The notes beneath the pieces were generated by a model. The model was not told the DNA's origin. It worked only from the letters and a program-made list of their open reading frames with translations, and ran no database searches. Below, one piece after another: positions 36,659 to 46,057 of a stretch of DNA of 64,000 nt. Made by a program: the position numbers and the translations under genes. How positions within the stretch are numbered: the stretch's first letter is position 1; each line of letters begins with the position of its first letter. The DNA comes from a virus (lineage: Duplodnaviria > Caudoviricetes), in the IMG/VR virus record IMGVR_UViG_2684623050_000001, positions 32,001 through 96,000 of that record, one strand, 5' to 3'.

Positions 36659-37692
36659 CAGGCCGCGAGCTGATCCGCGCGGCCGACCACACCGTTCTCG
36701 GACGGCGGGTTGATGCGCACGTCGTAGCGGACGCCGGCCTCGACCAGCGTGCCGGTCTCCGCAGGGGTCAGATCGAAGAACACGTTCTTCTCCACGATCC
36801 GGGTGTGGAGCTTCACGAGCAGCGCATCGACCGCGGCCAGCCTGTCGGCGTAGCGATCGGCGTCGGCGCTGTCGTCGTTCGCGACGGTCTTGAGAGCGGC
36901 GAGCTCCTGCTCGACCATCGCCTTCTCCTCGCGCAGCTCGCCGATGACCTCGGCCTGCTGCTTGACCGTCTCGTCGAGCTCCTCGATCGTCGCCGTCTGG
37001 CTCTCGATCGCCAGGTTGCGGGACTGAAGCACGTCCATCAGGTGCCCGTGCTTCATCTGGCGATCTTCGATCTCGCCTTCGAGCAGAGCGGCGTGCTCCT
37101 GGAGCCCCTCGACTTCGCCGGTGAGCTTCTCGATCACGCGGGCGATGATGCCCTTCTCGTTCTCCTCGCCGCCGTAGGTGCCGACGAAGCCCGACGCGAT
37201 GATCGCCTCGAAGATGGTCTCGATGACCTCGGCCGGGTCGTAGCCGTTCTCCGGCAGCTGCGGGTAGATCTTGCGGAGCGCGAGGTCGATCTCGGCGAAG
37301 GTCTCCTCGTCGAGCGCGAGCTCCGTGTTCTTCTCGCGGATCACCTGGCCGAGGTGGTTGATGGTCTCGGCCCCCTTGGCGAGCGTGCCGGCCGCGGCGT
37401 TCATGAGGAGCGCGCTGGTCTGCTCCTGCTCCAGCTTCTTCAGGAGCTCGTTGCGGTAGTGGTCGATGACGTCGTTCAGCTCGCGGATCGTGACGTCGCG
37501 GTCGGCGATCATCTGGAACTGGTCGGACTTGAGCAGGCTGCCCAGGTGCGAGGCGACGTTGACGGTGCGCTCGTTGGTCTCGGTCTCGGCAGCGCGGGCG
37601 CGACGGAAGGCGCGGATCGAGAAGCCACTCAGAAGGCCGGACAGGCCGAGCGAGGCAGCGGCGACGAGATTGGTGGTGCTGAGGATGTCCAT
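36658..37692 (-). CDS. Membrane-anchored coiled-coil protein
   Basis: N-terminal TM followed by long acidic heptads. Confidence 0.65.
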   Translation of the reverse strand: MDILSTTNLVAAASLGLSGLLSGFSIRAFRRARAAETETNERTVNVASHLGSLLKSDQFQMIADRDVTIRELNDVIDHYRNELLKKLEQEQTSALLMNAAAGTLAKGAETINHLGQVIREKNTELALDEETFAEIDLALRKIYPQLPENGYDPAEVIETIFEAIIASGFVGTYGGEENEKGIIARVIEKLTGEVEGLQEHAALLEGEIEDRQMKHGHLMDVLQSRNLAIESQTATIEELDETVKQQAEVIGELREEKAMVEQELAALKTVANDDSADADRYADRLAAVDALLVKLHTRIVEKNVFFDLTPAETGTLVEAGVRYDVRINPPSENGVVGRADQLAA

Positions 37693-37756
37693 GTCGATCT
37701 TTCTCTGTGTGCGCTCACTCAGCGCTGACTGACTATAGCGCTCGCGTGTCGGCGTT

Positions 37757-38659
37757 TCAGAAGAGAAAACGCACGAGCGCGAGGCAGATGACGACGGCGA
37801 TGAGCGGGACGGCCGCAACACCCACCTTCGGCGCACCGGGGACCGCGATCGGTGCGGCCCCGGATTGGAGATCGTCCTCCCAGCTCTCGCCGAGCTGAAG
37901 GTGCTGCGTGTCGGTCGCGGCAACCTGGATGAGGACGGGAAGCTTGGAGATCGCGACCCCGAAGCCCCAGAACTGGCCGGGGTTGAGGGTGCGCAGGCCG
38001 AGTGCCTCGTCGCTTTTCAGCGGGAAGCCCAGGTTGTTCGCCGCGGCGTTGCGGTCGAGCACCTGCCCCACCCGGCCGATCAGCCAGGTGTTGCACTCGG
38101 ACACGGCGCTCTTGGAGATCTTGGCGAGGCGCTGGGTCGCGAGGATACCCGTGAAGCCCCGCTTGCGCCCCTGGCTCATCAGGGTGTGGATCGAGGCGCG
38201 CGAGGCCGCCCCGCCGTCCTGGGGCGCGTAGCGGTGCGCCTCGTCGAGCACGATGAACACGGGCTGCCACAGCGCGCGCGGCGCGGCCATCAGGGCGTCG
38301 ATCAGGCCGGCGATGATGCGGCGCTGGATCTCCAGATGCTGCGCGTCCTCGAACTGCAGGACGACGGACATCTGCCCCTTGAGGATGTCGTGGGCGAGGT
38401 TGGCGACGTTCTTGGGCGTCACCTTCATCTTCGAGCGCGGCCCGCCCACGATCACGTAGGGGTGAGCCTGGCGCAGGGTGTGGAACTCACCCTCGGGGTC
38501 GATGACGATGTGGAGCGCGGCGCCCCAGGTCTGCTCCAGGACCTTCCGGACGGTGTAGGTCTTGCCGCTGCCGGTGTTGCCGACGATCGCCAGGTGGGTG
38601 CCGATCAGCTTGCCCGCGTCGATGGCTATGTCGTTGCCGTCGTGCGTTGTCCCGATCAT
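37757..38659 (-). CDS. HerA/DUF87-family ATPase with C-terminal TM
   Basis: HLAIVGNTGSGKT, IDPEGEF, LDEAHRYAPQ, GRKRG, ATQR. Confidence 0.88.
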   Translation of the reverse strand: MIGTTHDGNDIAIDAGKLIGTHLAIVGNTGSGKTYTVRKVLEQTWGAALHIVIDPEGEFHTLRQAHPYVIVGGPRSKMKVTPKNVANLAHDILKGQMSVVLQFEDAQHLEIQRRIIAGLIDALMAAPRALWQPVFIVLDEAHRYAPQDGGAASRASIHTLMSQGRKRGFTGILATQRLAKISKSAVSECNTWLIGRVGQVLDRNAAANNLGFPLKSDEALGLRTLNPGQFWGFGVAISKLPVLIQVAATDTQHLQLGESWEDDLQSGAAPIAVPGAPKVGVAAVPLIAVVICLALVRFLF

Positions 38660-38742
38660 CGCTAAGTCGCTCTCGCGCTGTTTCGCTGTTGAGCTACACA
38701 ATGCGCGAGAGCAGTCGGCTGCGCTACTGGCGCAGCGTGGCG

Positions 38743-39315
38743 TCAGCTTTCACCAAGCTCGGCCTTGAGACGGGCCAATTGCGCCCGCTTGTCGGCCTCG
38801 GCTGCCGCGCGAGCCGCTTCCTTGCGCTGCGCGATGGCCGCACCGAGCCGTTCGCGCGTCTCGACCAATGCCGTCTCCAGCGCCGGGATCACGGTCTCGA
38901 AGCCGTGACTTTCGGACGGCAGTTCGGGCACAGCCTCATACTCACGCCGCAGCTCGATCCGGTAAGTCCCGATCTCGATGTAGGTGAGACCATTCGCCGG
39001 CGAACGGGCGATCTTGCCCGCGAAGTCCGTATAGCAACGATGCCTGTCAAGGTTGTCATACTTGAACCGTTCGAGATAGTGCGGTTCCGGCAAGTGCAGA
39101 CGATCCCAGGCGTCCTTACTGCCCTTGGCCCAACCCAACACATGCTCGACCGCGAGAGCGCGGAGCTTCTCGGCCAGCTCCGGCAGCGTGACCGCAACCA
39201 GCTCGCCCGTGTCATGCTTCTTCGTGTAGGCGTAGTCCCCGTATTCGTCCGAGACGATCTTGTAGGGGAGAACATGGACGGGATGCAGCTCCTCGCCCTC
39301 GTGATCGGTCTGCAT
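38743..39315 (-). CDS. Hypothetical protein
   Basis: 190 aa, SD AAGGAGG. Confidence 0.6.
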   Translation of the reverse strand: MQTDHEGEELHPVHVLPYKIVSDEYGDYAYTKKHDTGELVAVTLPELAEKLRALAVEHVLGWAKGSKDAWDRLHLPEPHYLERFKYDNLDRHRCYTDFAGKIARSPANGLTYIEIGTYRIELRREYEAVPELPSESHGFETVIPALETALVETRERLGAAIAQRKEAARAAAEADKRAQLARLKAELGES

Positions 39316-39335
39316 GGTTTGATCCTCCTTCCTGG

Positions 39336-39668
39336 TCAGTCGACCGTGTAGCCCTCGACGCTCACGCCCTCGGCATCCGTGGCGTCACCCGTCGGCATCC
39401 AGCCCTTCTGCACCGCCCCTGCTGCGGCGCCTGCGGCTGCTCCGACGAGGGCGCCGGTGACGGGGCTCGAAGAGGTCGAGCGGCTCGTCGTGGTCGCTGG
39501 CCGTGCCGGAACCGCGGGCCGCGCGATCGACGGCGCCCGCACCGAAATCGTCGGCGCCCGCACCGAGACCGTCGCCGGGAACGCCTCCCGCGAGGTCAGC
39601 ATCAGCGTGGCGCCCGCGCACTGGATCACCAGGGCCGCGGTCAGCAGAGTAGACCATCCGTTCCTCAT
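39336..39668 (-). CDS. Putative exported low-complexity protein
   Basis: Signal-like N-terminus, (T/I)SVRAP repeats. Confidence 0.45.
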   Translation of the reverse strand: MRNGWSTLLTAALVIQCAGATLMLTSREAFPATVSVRAPTISVRAPSIARPAVPARPATTTSRSTSSSPVTGALVGAAAGAAAGAVQKGWMPTGDATDAEGVSVEGYTVD

Positions 39669-39737
39669 CTTACTCTCCCTCGAAGGGACGGCTCTCGCCG
39701 TCCTCGATGATGGTTCCGTCGTCGGTGACGATGCGGC

Positions 39738-40193
39738 TCATGCGGCGAAGTCCCGCCAGTTGCCGGCGTAGTCGGTCGGCAGCGGCGCCGGGCCGTCCAC
39801 GAGATCGGTCGAGCACAGGCCCTCGTCGATCTTGTGCTGATGGCGCTCCCGGAAATGCTCGATGGGCTTGGAGAGCACGCGCGCGACCTCGGTGGCCTCG
39901 CACTCGTCGGCCGACAGCTCGGCCGCGCCGCAATAGGCGAGGATCGCGATGCCGATTCCACCGACCTCCTGGGCCGGGTCGCCGGGCGGCCGGGCGTAGA
40001 CCTTGGCAGCCAGGCGCTCGATGCGCCCGAGCGGGTAGCCCTCGGCCTGGGCCAGCTCGATCGCCTCCTCCAGGACCCGCTCGACGCGGACCTTGCGGGT
40101 GACGGGGCCGAAGGCGGCCTTGCACCAGGAGAACGTGATGGCCTGGCGCCGATCGCGCCCGAGGCCGGTGAAGAAGTTGATGACCTTGCTCAT
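39738..40193 (-). CDS. MazG-like / all-alpha NTP pyrophosphohydrolase-like protein
   Basis: RVLEEAIELAQAEG...GDPAQEVGG acidic helices. Confidence 0.55.
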   Translation of the reverse strand: MSKVINFFTGLGRDRRQAITFSWCKAAFGPVTRKVRVERVLEEAIELAQAEGYPLGRIERLAAKVYARPPGDPAQEVGGIGIAILAYCGAAELSADECEATEVARVLSKPIEHFRERHQHKIDEGLCSTDLVDGPAPLPTDYAGNWRDFAA

Positions 40194-40281
40194 GTCCCTC
40201 TCGTGTGTGGTCAGTCAGTCGTGACTGATGCGCGTGCATATAGCGATCCGGACGCGGCGCTTGCGTCGGGATCGCGTGGGC

Positions 40282-40560
40282 TCAGTTCGTGCGGCCGAGA
40301 TCGACCGGATTCTCGCCGACGACGCGGGGATCGCGGCTCATGGTGATGAGGGTCTCCATGATCGTCGGATTCTTGAGCGCGACGGCCAGCGCCATCAGGA
40401 GCGTGCCCTGCTTCTGCTGCGCCTCGGTCAGACCGTCAGCGCCGAGCTTCGCGGTCGAGAACACCTTAAAGGTGCCGTCCTCCTTGAGGATCACGCCCGC
40501 GTCACCCTCCTCGATCGGGGCGGAAACGAAATCGTCAGCGGTCAAGAGGGCCTTGGTCAC
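40282..40560 (-). CDS. Hypothetical protein
   Basis: GTG start with SD AAGGAG. Confidence 0.55.
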   Translation of the reverse strand: MTKALLTADDFVSAPIEEGDAGVILKEDGTFKVFSTAKLGADGLTEAQQKQGTLLMALAVALKNPTIMETLITMSRDPRVVGENPVDLGRTN

Positions 40561-41072
40561 AAAGTTGCTCCTTCTGTGGAAAAGTCGGTTTTCATGCACA
40601 TCAATCCACAGCCTCGGGCTCGCGGATAGGCTTGCATTCCTGTCTCGGGTGCGGAACAAACAGGGAACGGAACGGAGTCGATTCGCCGCAATTAACCCAC
40701 CAGAAAGTCAGAAGCCCCGGAGCGGGGCGTCCGGGGCTTCCTGCGGTAGATCTTCTTGCTCGAAACCACCTTTGGGCGGAAAGGGCCCTTGGTCAGAGCT
40801 TGAGCATACGGGTTTCGTTTCTTGAGCTTGTCACTCATGTTCCTATCTCGTCATCTGCACTCAATCTGTGTAGCACGCTGAACGCGGCGCTACACAAAAA
40901 TGACACGGCAAGAGCTTGGCCGTGAGGGTGCGACACTCTGTCAGGGCGCCGTCGCAGTGAATGCCCGATTACAGGGCTGCCGCTGTCCAAAATTCGGACA
41001 CGGTTCATGTGGAAACGAACACAGAACCGTGACCCGGAGCACACACCTGGGCACGTATGGGGATTGGTCTCG

Positions 41073-41738
41073 ATGGCTGAAGTGGGTCACATTGAGTTCG
41101 AGGCCGCTGTCGATCGGATGAAGCTCAGGTTGAACCTGGCTGCCGCCGACGTCGTGCGGGAGATGGGTGGACAGTTCAATCCGGACGCCATGGTGCGGCA
41201 GGCTTCCCAAAGCCTCGACGAGGCCGCGCGCGAGCTTCTCATGTTCGGCGGCGACCTCTGGCCCTACGGCGAGGAGTCCCCTCCCCCGCTCTCCTATGCG
41301 GACAACATCATCCCTTTCGCCAAACGCTCCGCGCGATCCGCCCTAACTAGGACCCGCGCGGCTGCCGGCGCCGTGGCCCGCAGCGTCGTGGTGATCGCCG
41401 GCATCCTCGTGCTGGCCGCGGCGACGACGGACAAGGTGAATCTGCCCGGCATGCCGGCAGTGGCCGCCTACATCTACTCCAAGAACCCCGATCCGCAGCT
41501 CGTCCGCTACGTCGAGCACAAGGGCAAGTTCATGCGGGTCGAGGCGCGCCGCGTGCCCGGCGAGCCCTTCGACGTTCTCCACATCACCGACATTCGCCCG
41601 AGCGAGGAAGCGGTCGCCCTCGACCTCGTGGCCGACCCGTTCGAGACCGACACCACGGTCGCGGGCGGCGACGTTCCGGGTTTCGACGGCAAAGGGCGTC
41701 GGCTCGCGCCCGACGCCCTAACCGCGAACCAGAGCTAG
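41073..41738 (+). CDS. Lone plus-strand single-pass membrane protein
   Basis: TM segment VVVIAGILVLAAA; opposite orientation to its neighbours. Confidence 0.55.
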   Translation: MAEVGHIEFEAAVDRMKLRLNLAAADVVREMGGQFNPDAMVRQASQSLDEAARELLMFGGDLWPYGEESPPPLSYADNIIPFAKRSARSALTRTRAAAGAVARSVVVIAGILVLAAATTDKVNLPGMPAVAAYIYSKNPDPQLVRYVEHKGKFMRVEARRVPGEPFDVLHITDIRPSEEAVALDLVADPFETDTTVAGGDVPGFDGKGRRLAPDALTANQS

Positions 41739-42082
41739 AACATGCCCCACATATCCGCCCAGTCCGGGTCCTTGGCCTGCTTGTAGGCCGCGGCTCCACT
41801 GGGCGCAGGTGTCTCGGGCGCCGCAGGTTTCTGCGCTTCGCCCTTTCGCCCGTTCGCTGCTTCGACCAGACGCTCCACGTAGCCGGCGAGCGCCTTGCGG
41901 GCCCGACGATACTGAGGCGGGGTCATGCGGTCGTCGTAGAGCGGGAGCTTGGCGTTGATGTCGGCAAGGAAGCCGGCGTCCGGACCGTCGCCGAACCCCT
42001 CCCCTGCCAGGCGTTTGATCGCCCGCTTCACCGCCTCGTCGTTGCGCTCCAGGAGCGCGAGGATCGTCTCCGACGTGTGCAT
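41735..42082 (-). CDS. Hypothetical protein ending WGMF
   Basis: MHTSETILALLERND...DMWGMF. Confidence 0.6.
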   Translation of the reverse strand: MHTSETILALLERNDEAVKRAIKRLAGEGFGDGPDAGFLADINAKLPLYDDRMTPPQYRRARKALAGYVERLVEAANGRKGEAQKPAAPETPAPSGAAAYKQAKDPDWADMWGMF

Positions 42083-42363
42083 CAGCGGCCCTCCCACATC
42101 GCCTTGAGTTTCGCCACGCCGGCCTTGGCTTCGTCGTGGTCGTATTTCGGGTGGCGCTTCCAGAACTCCAGCTTCTTCTCGCACATGGTCAGCTCGACCC
42201 GTGCGCGCCGCTGCTCCTCACGGTCCTTGGTCGACTTCGCGATGAAGTCGAGCATGAGGTAGTTCTCGTAGTGGCGCAGATAGGCTTTGGTGCCGTTCAT
42301 GCGCCACACGTCAATCTTGACGCCTTCGCCGCTCTTGTTGTCGGCGTAGAAGATCGCAGCCAT
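42082..42363 (-). CDS. Hypothetical protein
   Basis: 93 aa; ELTMCEKKLEFWKRHP. Confidence 0.6.
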   Translation of the reverse strand: MAAIFYADNKSGEGVKIDVWRMNGTKAYLRHYENYLMLDFIAKSTKDREEQRRARVELTMCEKKLEFWKRHPKYDHDEAKAGVAKLKAMWEGR

Positions 42364-42432
42364 TGCTGTTCTCTCGTCTTGTTTCGACTGAGAGAAGATC
42401 GCACGCAGAACTCGGCGTGTCGGTTGGCGCGT

Positions 42433-42648
42433 CTAGGAGGATGTGAAGCCCGCGTGTCGGAAGGCCGGGTGTTCCATGCCGGTCGTAGCTGTGGCGTGGT
42501 GAACCTGCTCGACGCTCTCGATCTTCGGGCAGCCATGCATGGTCGAGGCGGCCCGCTGGACGTTCGTGCCGGCGACCTCGGCCGACGGCGCCTCGACCAC
42601 GACGACGTGCGTGTGGCCAAGGCGCGAAAGGGTGACGCGGTAGCGCAT
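42433..42648 (-). CDS. Hypothetical protein
   Basis: SD AGGAGG; 71 aa. Confidence 0.45.
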   Translation of the reverse strand: MRYRVTLSRLGHTHVVVVEAPSAEVAGTNVQRAASTMHGCPKIESVEQVHHATATTGMEHPAFRHAGFTSS

Positions 42649-42657
42649 GATTCCCTC

Positions 42658-42906
42658 CTACTCGTCGTAGAGCTCGACCGCGAACACCGCGTCCAGGTCG
42701 ATGAAGGTGCGCTGCGGCTCGGTCGTGGCCCGGCCGCTGGTGTCGGACGGCTCCTCGATCACGAGCACCGGACCGGCCTGGGTCGCGATCAGCCGATGGG
42801 CGCCGGCGTGCTTACCGGCCAGCGTCGTGACCTCGATGTGGTAGCCCTCGCCCTCCTGGCGCTTCTCGATCTCGGCGATGATCGCCTTGAATTTGACCGC
42901 GTGCAT
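42658..42906 (-). CDS. Hypothetical protein
   Basis: 82 aa; beta-rich. Confidence 0.5.
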   Translation of the reverse strand: MHAVKFKAIIAEIEKRQEGEGYHIEVTTLAGKHAGAHRLIATQAGPVLVIEEPSDTSGRATTEPQRTFIDLDAVFAVELYDE

Positions 42907-42944
42907 GTCGCCCTCTCGCTCGGTAGCGATTTCGCTACCCTCAC

Positions 42945-43430
42945 AAAAGGACGGGCGCCCAAGCCGTTAAGCCTGGGCGCCCGCGAAAGGTATGAGAGAC
43001 AGGTGGTGTCCCGATTTCGACTCAGCGCCCTCGGGACCACGGACGGAGCGTCTGGTGCTGCCCTTCCCTCCCCTTGACGTGGGCGATCTCCGGCTGGGTT
43101 AAGGTCGTCAGCATCGACCCGCTGTTCAGCGATTCTTGGCGCAATCTCTGCCGGCCCCTCACGGGGATTCACGTTGGCGATCGCGTTGCCTGGCCCTGTG
43201 CTCGGGCCCTGTGCCTCCGTTCGAGGCGGGCTGTCGATTTCGTGCGGCAGGCTCACCGAGGCTGCAATGTCCTCGTCTCTCGCCTTGTGGGGCCGCTATC
43301 GTAACTGGGTGATGCCGTCAGGCGCTGGTCAGAACTTCATGACGATCTCCTTTGCGTCTCGTGTTGTCGCGCTACACGTCACTGCCGAAGCTCAGTGTGT
43401 CTCTTGCGCGCTCGCTGTCGCTGTTGACTT
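42945..43430 (-). ncRNA. Candidate ~480-nt transcript with an MKF minigene and structured non-coding body
   Basis: Promoter 43435-43457, SD AAAGGAG + ATG AAG TTC TGA (43329-43340), multiple hairpins, terminator at ~42945-42982. Confidence 0.45.
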
Positions 43431-43510
43431 AGACAAGATGCACTGACGAACGAGGGTAAGCTACTCGCTCATCAATGGTATCTCGCGTTCGCTAAACCGC
43501 CCTTCCGCTG

Positions 43511-43894
43511 TTAGGCGGCGACGGGCATCGGGACCGACGTCGGGGCGGCGTAGGGCACGCTCACCGAGACGAAGGTGTAGAGGGTGCGCGGATCGACGGC
43601 CTTCGCCTTGTCCGCGGCCTTGGCCTGGCGCGCTTCGAGCGCGTCGACCACGGTGCGCAGATCGGCGGGGCGGCCGACGTTGGCGACGAAGGCGCCCGGC
43701 TGGCCGGCGAGGAACTGACCGAGGAAGCCGATCTGCACGCTCTGCACGGTGCCCTTGACCTCGCCGTCGGTGCAGCTGACGGTCACGTCCTCGTTCTGAC
43801 GGACGTTCACGAAGGCTTCGGTGCCGAGGAGCAGGTCGTAGAGGCCCATGCCGTTGGTGACGGAAGCCTTGGGCGCGTTCACGGTGATGTTCAT
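43511..43894 (-). CDS. Hypothetical protein
   Basis: 127 aa. Confidence 0.55.
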   Translation of the reverse strand: MNITVNAPKASVTNGMGLYDLLLGTEAFVNVRQNEDVTVSCTDGEVKGTVQSVQIGFLGQFLAGQPGAFVANVGRPADLRTVVDALEARQAKAADKAKAVDPRTLYTFVSVSVPYAAPTSVPMPVAA

Positions 43895-43908
43895 GTGGTC
43901 TTTCGCTT

Positions 43909-44421
43909 TCAGAGGGAGGCGGTGCGCATGATCTTGCGACCATACGCAGTGCAGGACGGGCGAGCGCCGATCCCGCGGTTATACAGGGAGACACCAGCGC
44001 AGCCGGCCCCTCCCCGATTGATGGCCGCGCGCAGGTAGCGCATCGCGCCCCTGATGTTGTCGCGGCAGTTGAAGACGTTCCGCACGCCCATCGCCCGAGC
44101 GGTGCCACGGGTGAGCTGGCCGGCGCCCGAGGCCGACGAGTGCGGATTCTTGGCGCGGCAGTTGTAGCCGCTCTCGATCTTGATGACGGCGTGGGCGAGC
44201 CGGTTGGGGACGCCGGCCGCGGCCGCTTCCTGGCTGACGATCTGCTGGACCGAACCGCCCTCGGCCTGGCCGGTGAGACGGTTGAGGCGGGTGTTGATCC
44301 CGTGAACCGGCGCTTCCACACGACCGAGCAGGCGGTCGAAGAAGCTGTCCTGGGCCTGGGCCCCGGTGGCTGCGGTCAAGGTCGTCAATGCGACCAGGGC
44401 CGCGCTCATCGTAAGGCGCAT
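43909..44421 (-). CDS. Lytic transglycosylase (SLT domain) with signal peptide
   Basis: IKIESGYN (catalytic E), SASGAGQL, YNRG. Confidence 0.88.
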   Translation of the reverse strand: MRLTMSAALVALTTLTAATGAQAQDSFFDRLLGRVEAPVHGINTRLNRLTGQAEGGSVQQIVSQEAAAAGVPNRLAHAVIKIESGYNCRAKNPHSSASGAGQLTRGTARAMGVRNVFNCRDNIRGAMRYLRAAINRGGAGCAGVSLYNRGIGARPSCTAYGRKIMRTASL

Positions 44422-44680
44422 GGCCTTCTCCTTGTTGCTCTCCAGTGCGCTCAGTAAGTCAGCGCTGACTGATTATAGCAGTGCGCGCTTGGCGTTTTCA
44501 AAGCGATCGACACAGACCGGACTCAGAGGCGGCGTGGAATGCGCGACGTTGCTCTGTGAGACGCGCGAACGCTTTCGAGCATCGCTGATGCGTCGCGAGC
44601 GAACCGACGCTGTGCGAGCTTCTGAGAGCGTCGCAGATCGCGTCCTAGCGAGAGAGCGAAGTCGCTGTTTCGCGAAACGC

Positions 44681-44706
44681 AAAAGCCCCGCACGAGGGCG
44701 GGGCTT
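44681..44706 (-). terminator. Intrinsic terminator
   Basis: AAGCCCCG...CGGGGCTT with T-run on the minus strand. Confidence 0.65.
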
Positions 44707-44729
44707 AGGGTCGTCAGCAGGGGAGGGCG

Positions 44730-45344
44730 CTAGGTGATTCCGAGCGCCCGATTGGCGTAGCTCAGGATGCGAGCCTGCCGGTCGGCGTCGGGCGGGTTCT
44801 TGGCCTCGTAGCGGATGACTTCGAGGACCTGGCGCACATCGTCGAGCGGGATCGGGTCGGTGCTCGGACCCTCGACCTCGATCATCTCCTCAAACAGACC
44901 TTCCGACAGCATGCGAACCACGCCGAGCAGCCGGCGCCAGTTGGGGTTCTGATCCATCCAGCGCTCCGGGGAGGGGCCCTTCTCCTCCAGCTCGATCGCC
45001 CGCGTCACGAGCCGCGCCAGCGAACCCAGGCCCGAGGAATCGTCCTTGTAGCCCTCATGCCGGAACTGCGGCCCGCCGACGTAGCGGAAGCGCTCGGCCT
45101 TGCCGTCCTCACCGACGAGATCGAGGAAGCCGGGCCACTGGTTCTCGGGGCTGAACGCCAGCGAGCGAATCCAAGCATCGTCGCCCTCACCCACGAACGG
45201 CTGGTAGACCACGAGCGGCTCCAGGGTCTCGCTGTGTCGGCCGACGGTCAGCACGGTGTAGAGATCGCCCGTCCTGAAATGCTGCCAGATCGAACCGTTG
45301 CCGGGCGCGTGGTCTGGAATGGGCGGAAGCTGCTTGACCGACAA
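44730..45344 (-). CDS. DUF1653-domain protein
   Basis: WQHFRTGDLYTVLTVGRHSETLEPLVVYQ...WIR...RF. Confidence 0.75.
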   Translation of the reverse strand: MSVKQLPPIPDHAPGNGSIWQHFRTGDLYTVLTVGRHSETLEPLVVYQPFVGEGDDAWIRSLAFSPENQWPGFLDLVGEDGKAERFRYVGGPQFRHEGYKDDSSGLGSLARLVTRAIELEEKGPSPERWMDQNPNWRRLLGVVRMLSEGLFEEMIEVEGPSTDPIPLDDVRQVLEVIRYEAKNPPDADRQARILSYANRALGIT

Positions 45345-45376
45345 GAGATTTCTCCTTTCGCTAAGTCGCTGGGTGG

Positions 45377-45577
45377 CTATTTCGTGAAGACCAGGGTCCG
45401 GAAGACCTCGATCTCGGCGATGGCCGCTTCCATCCGCATCTTTGCCTCGGAGGAGAGGTCATTCATCTCCTGCGGGTCTTCCTCGTCGGTGAGGCTGCGC
45501 AGGGAAAGGATGGCGTTGTTGCACTGCCGGATGGCAGCGAGCCGGCGCTTCTCGCGCTCCTTCTGAGCGTCTGTCAC
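45377..45577 (-). CDS. Hypothetical protein
   Basis: 66 aa, coupled. Confidence 0.45.
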   Translation of the reverse strand: MTDAQKEREKRRLAAIRQCNNAILSLRSLTDEEDPQEMNDLSSEAKMRMEAAIAEIEVFRTLVFTK

Positions 45578-46008
45578 TCCGGCCGCTCCCAGTGCTTGAT
45601 CGCCGCGTCGCCGATCAGCAGCGCGACCGAGCCGACCAGAACGTCGGACATGGCGACGAGGCCGTTGGGCTGTCGCGTCACAAGGCCGGACCGGAGCATC
45701 GCCGAGGCCCAGAGCTTCGTGGCGATCATGTTGACCGGCCGACCCTCGACCTTGCCGTCCTCGTTGCAGAAGCAGCGGCAGGCCTGCGGCTCGGTGATGA
45801 TCGGCTGCGGCATCAGCTTCCGGACGCTCGCCTCGTCGGCGTAGGTCAGAAGCGCGATGTCCAGCTCGATCGTGTCGAAGCTGGCGACCGGCTCGATGTA
45901 GCCGTCGACCGCCTTCTGAAGCTGGCCGAGATAGGGCTCGCCGTCGAGCGTGTCCTCGACCGTCACGCGGTTGTCGGGGTGGATGATGATGACGTGGCCG
46001 CTGGGCAT
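45574..46008 (-). CDS. DUF3846-like protein
   Basis: LQKAVDGYIE...CNEDGK...PVNMIAT...DVLVGSV. Confidence 0.75.
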   Translation of the reverse strand: MPSGHVIIIHPDNRVTVEDTLDGEPYLGQLQKAVDGYIEPVASFDTIELDIALLTYADEASVRKLMPQPIITEPQACRCFCNEDGKVEGRPVNMIATKLWASAMLRSGLVTRQPNGLVAMSDVLVGSVALLIGDAAIKHWERPE

Positions 46009-46057
46009 CTTGCTTCGCTCCTTCGCTTTTAGGCTGTTTCGCTAAATCGCGGCGTCG

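Noticed and set aside
43085-43115. Hammerhead ribozyme (CTGACGA on the minus strand)
   Set aside because: I could not find a correctly placed GAAA and three stems.
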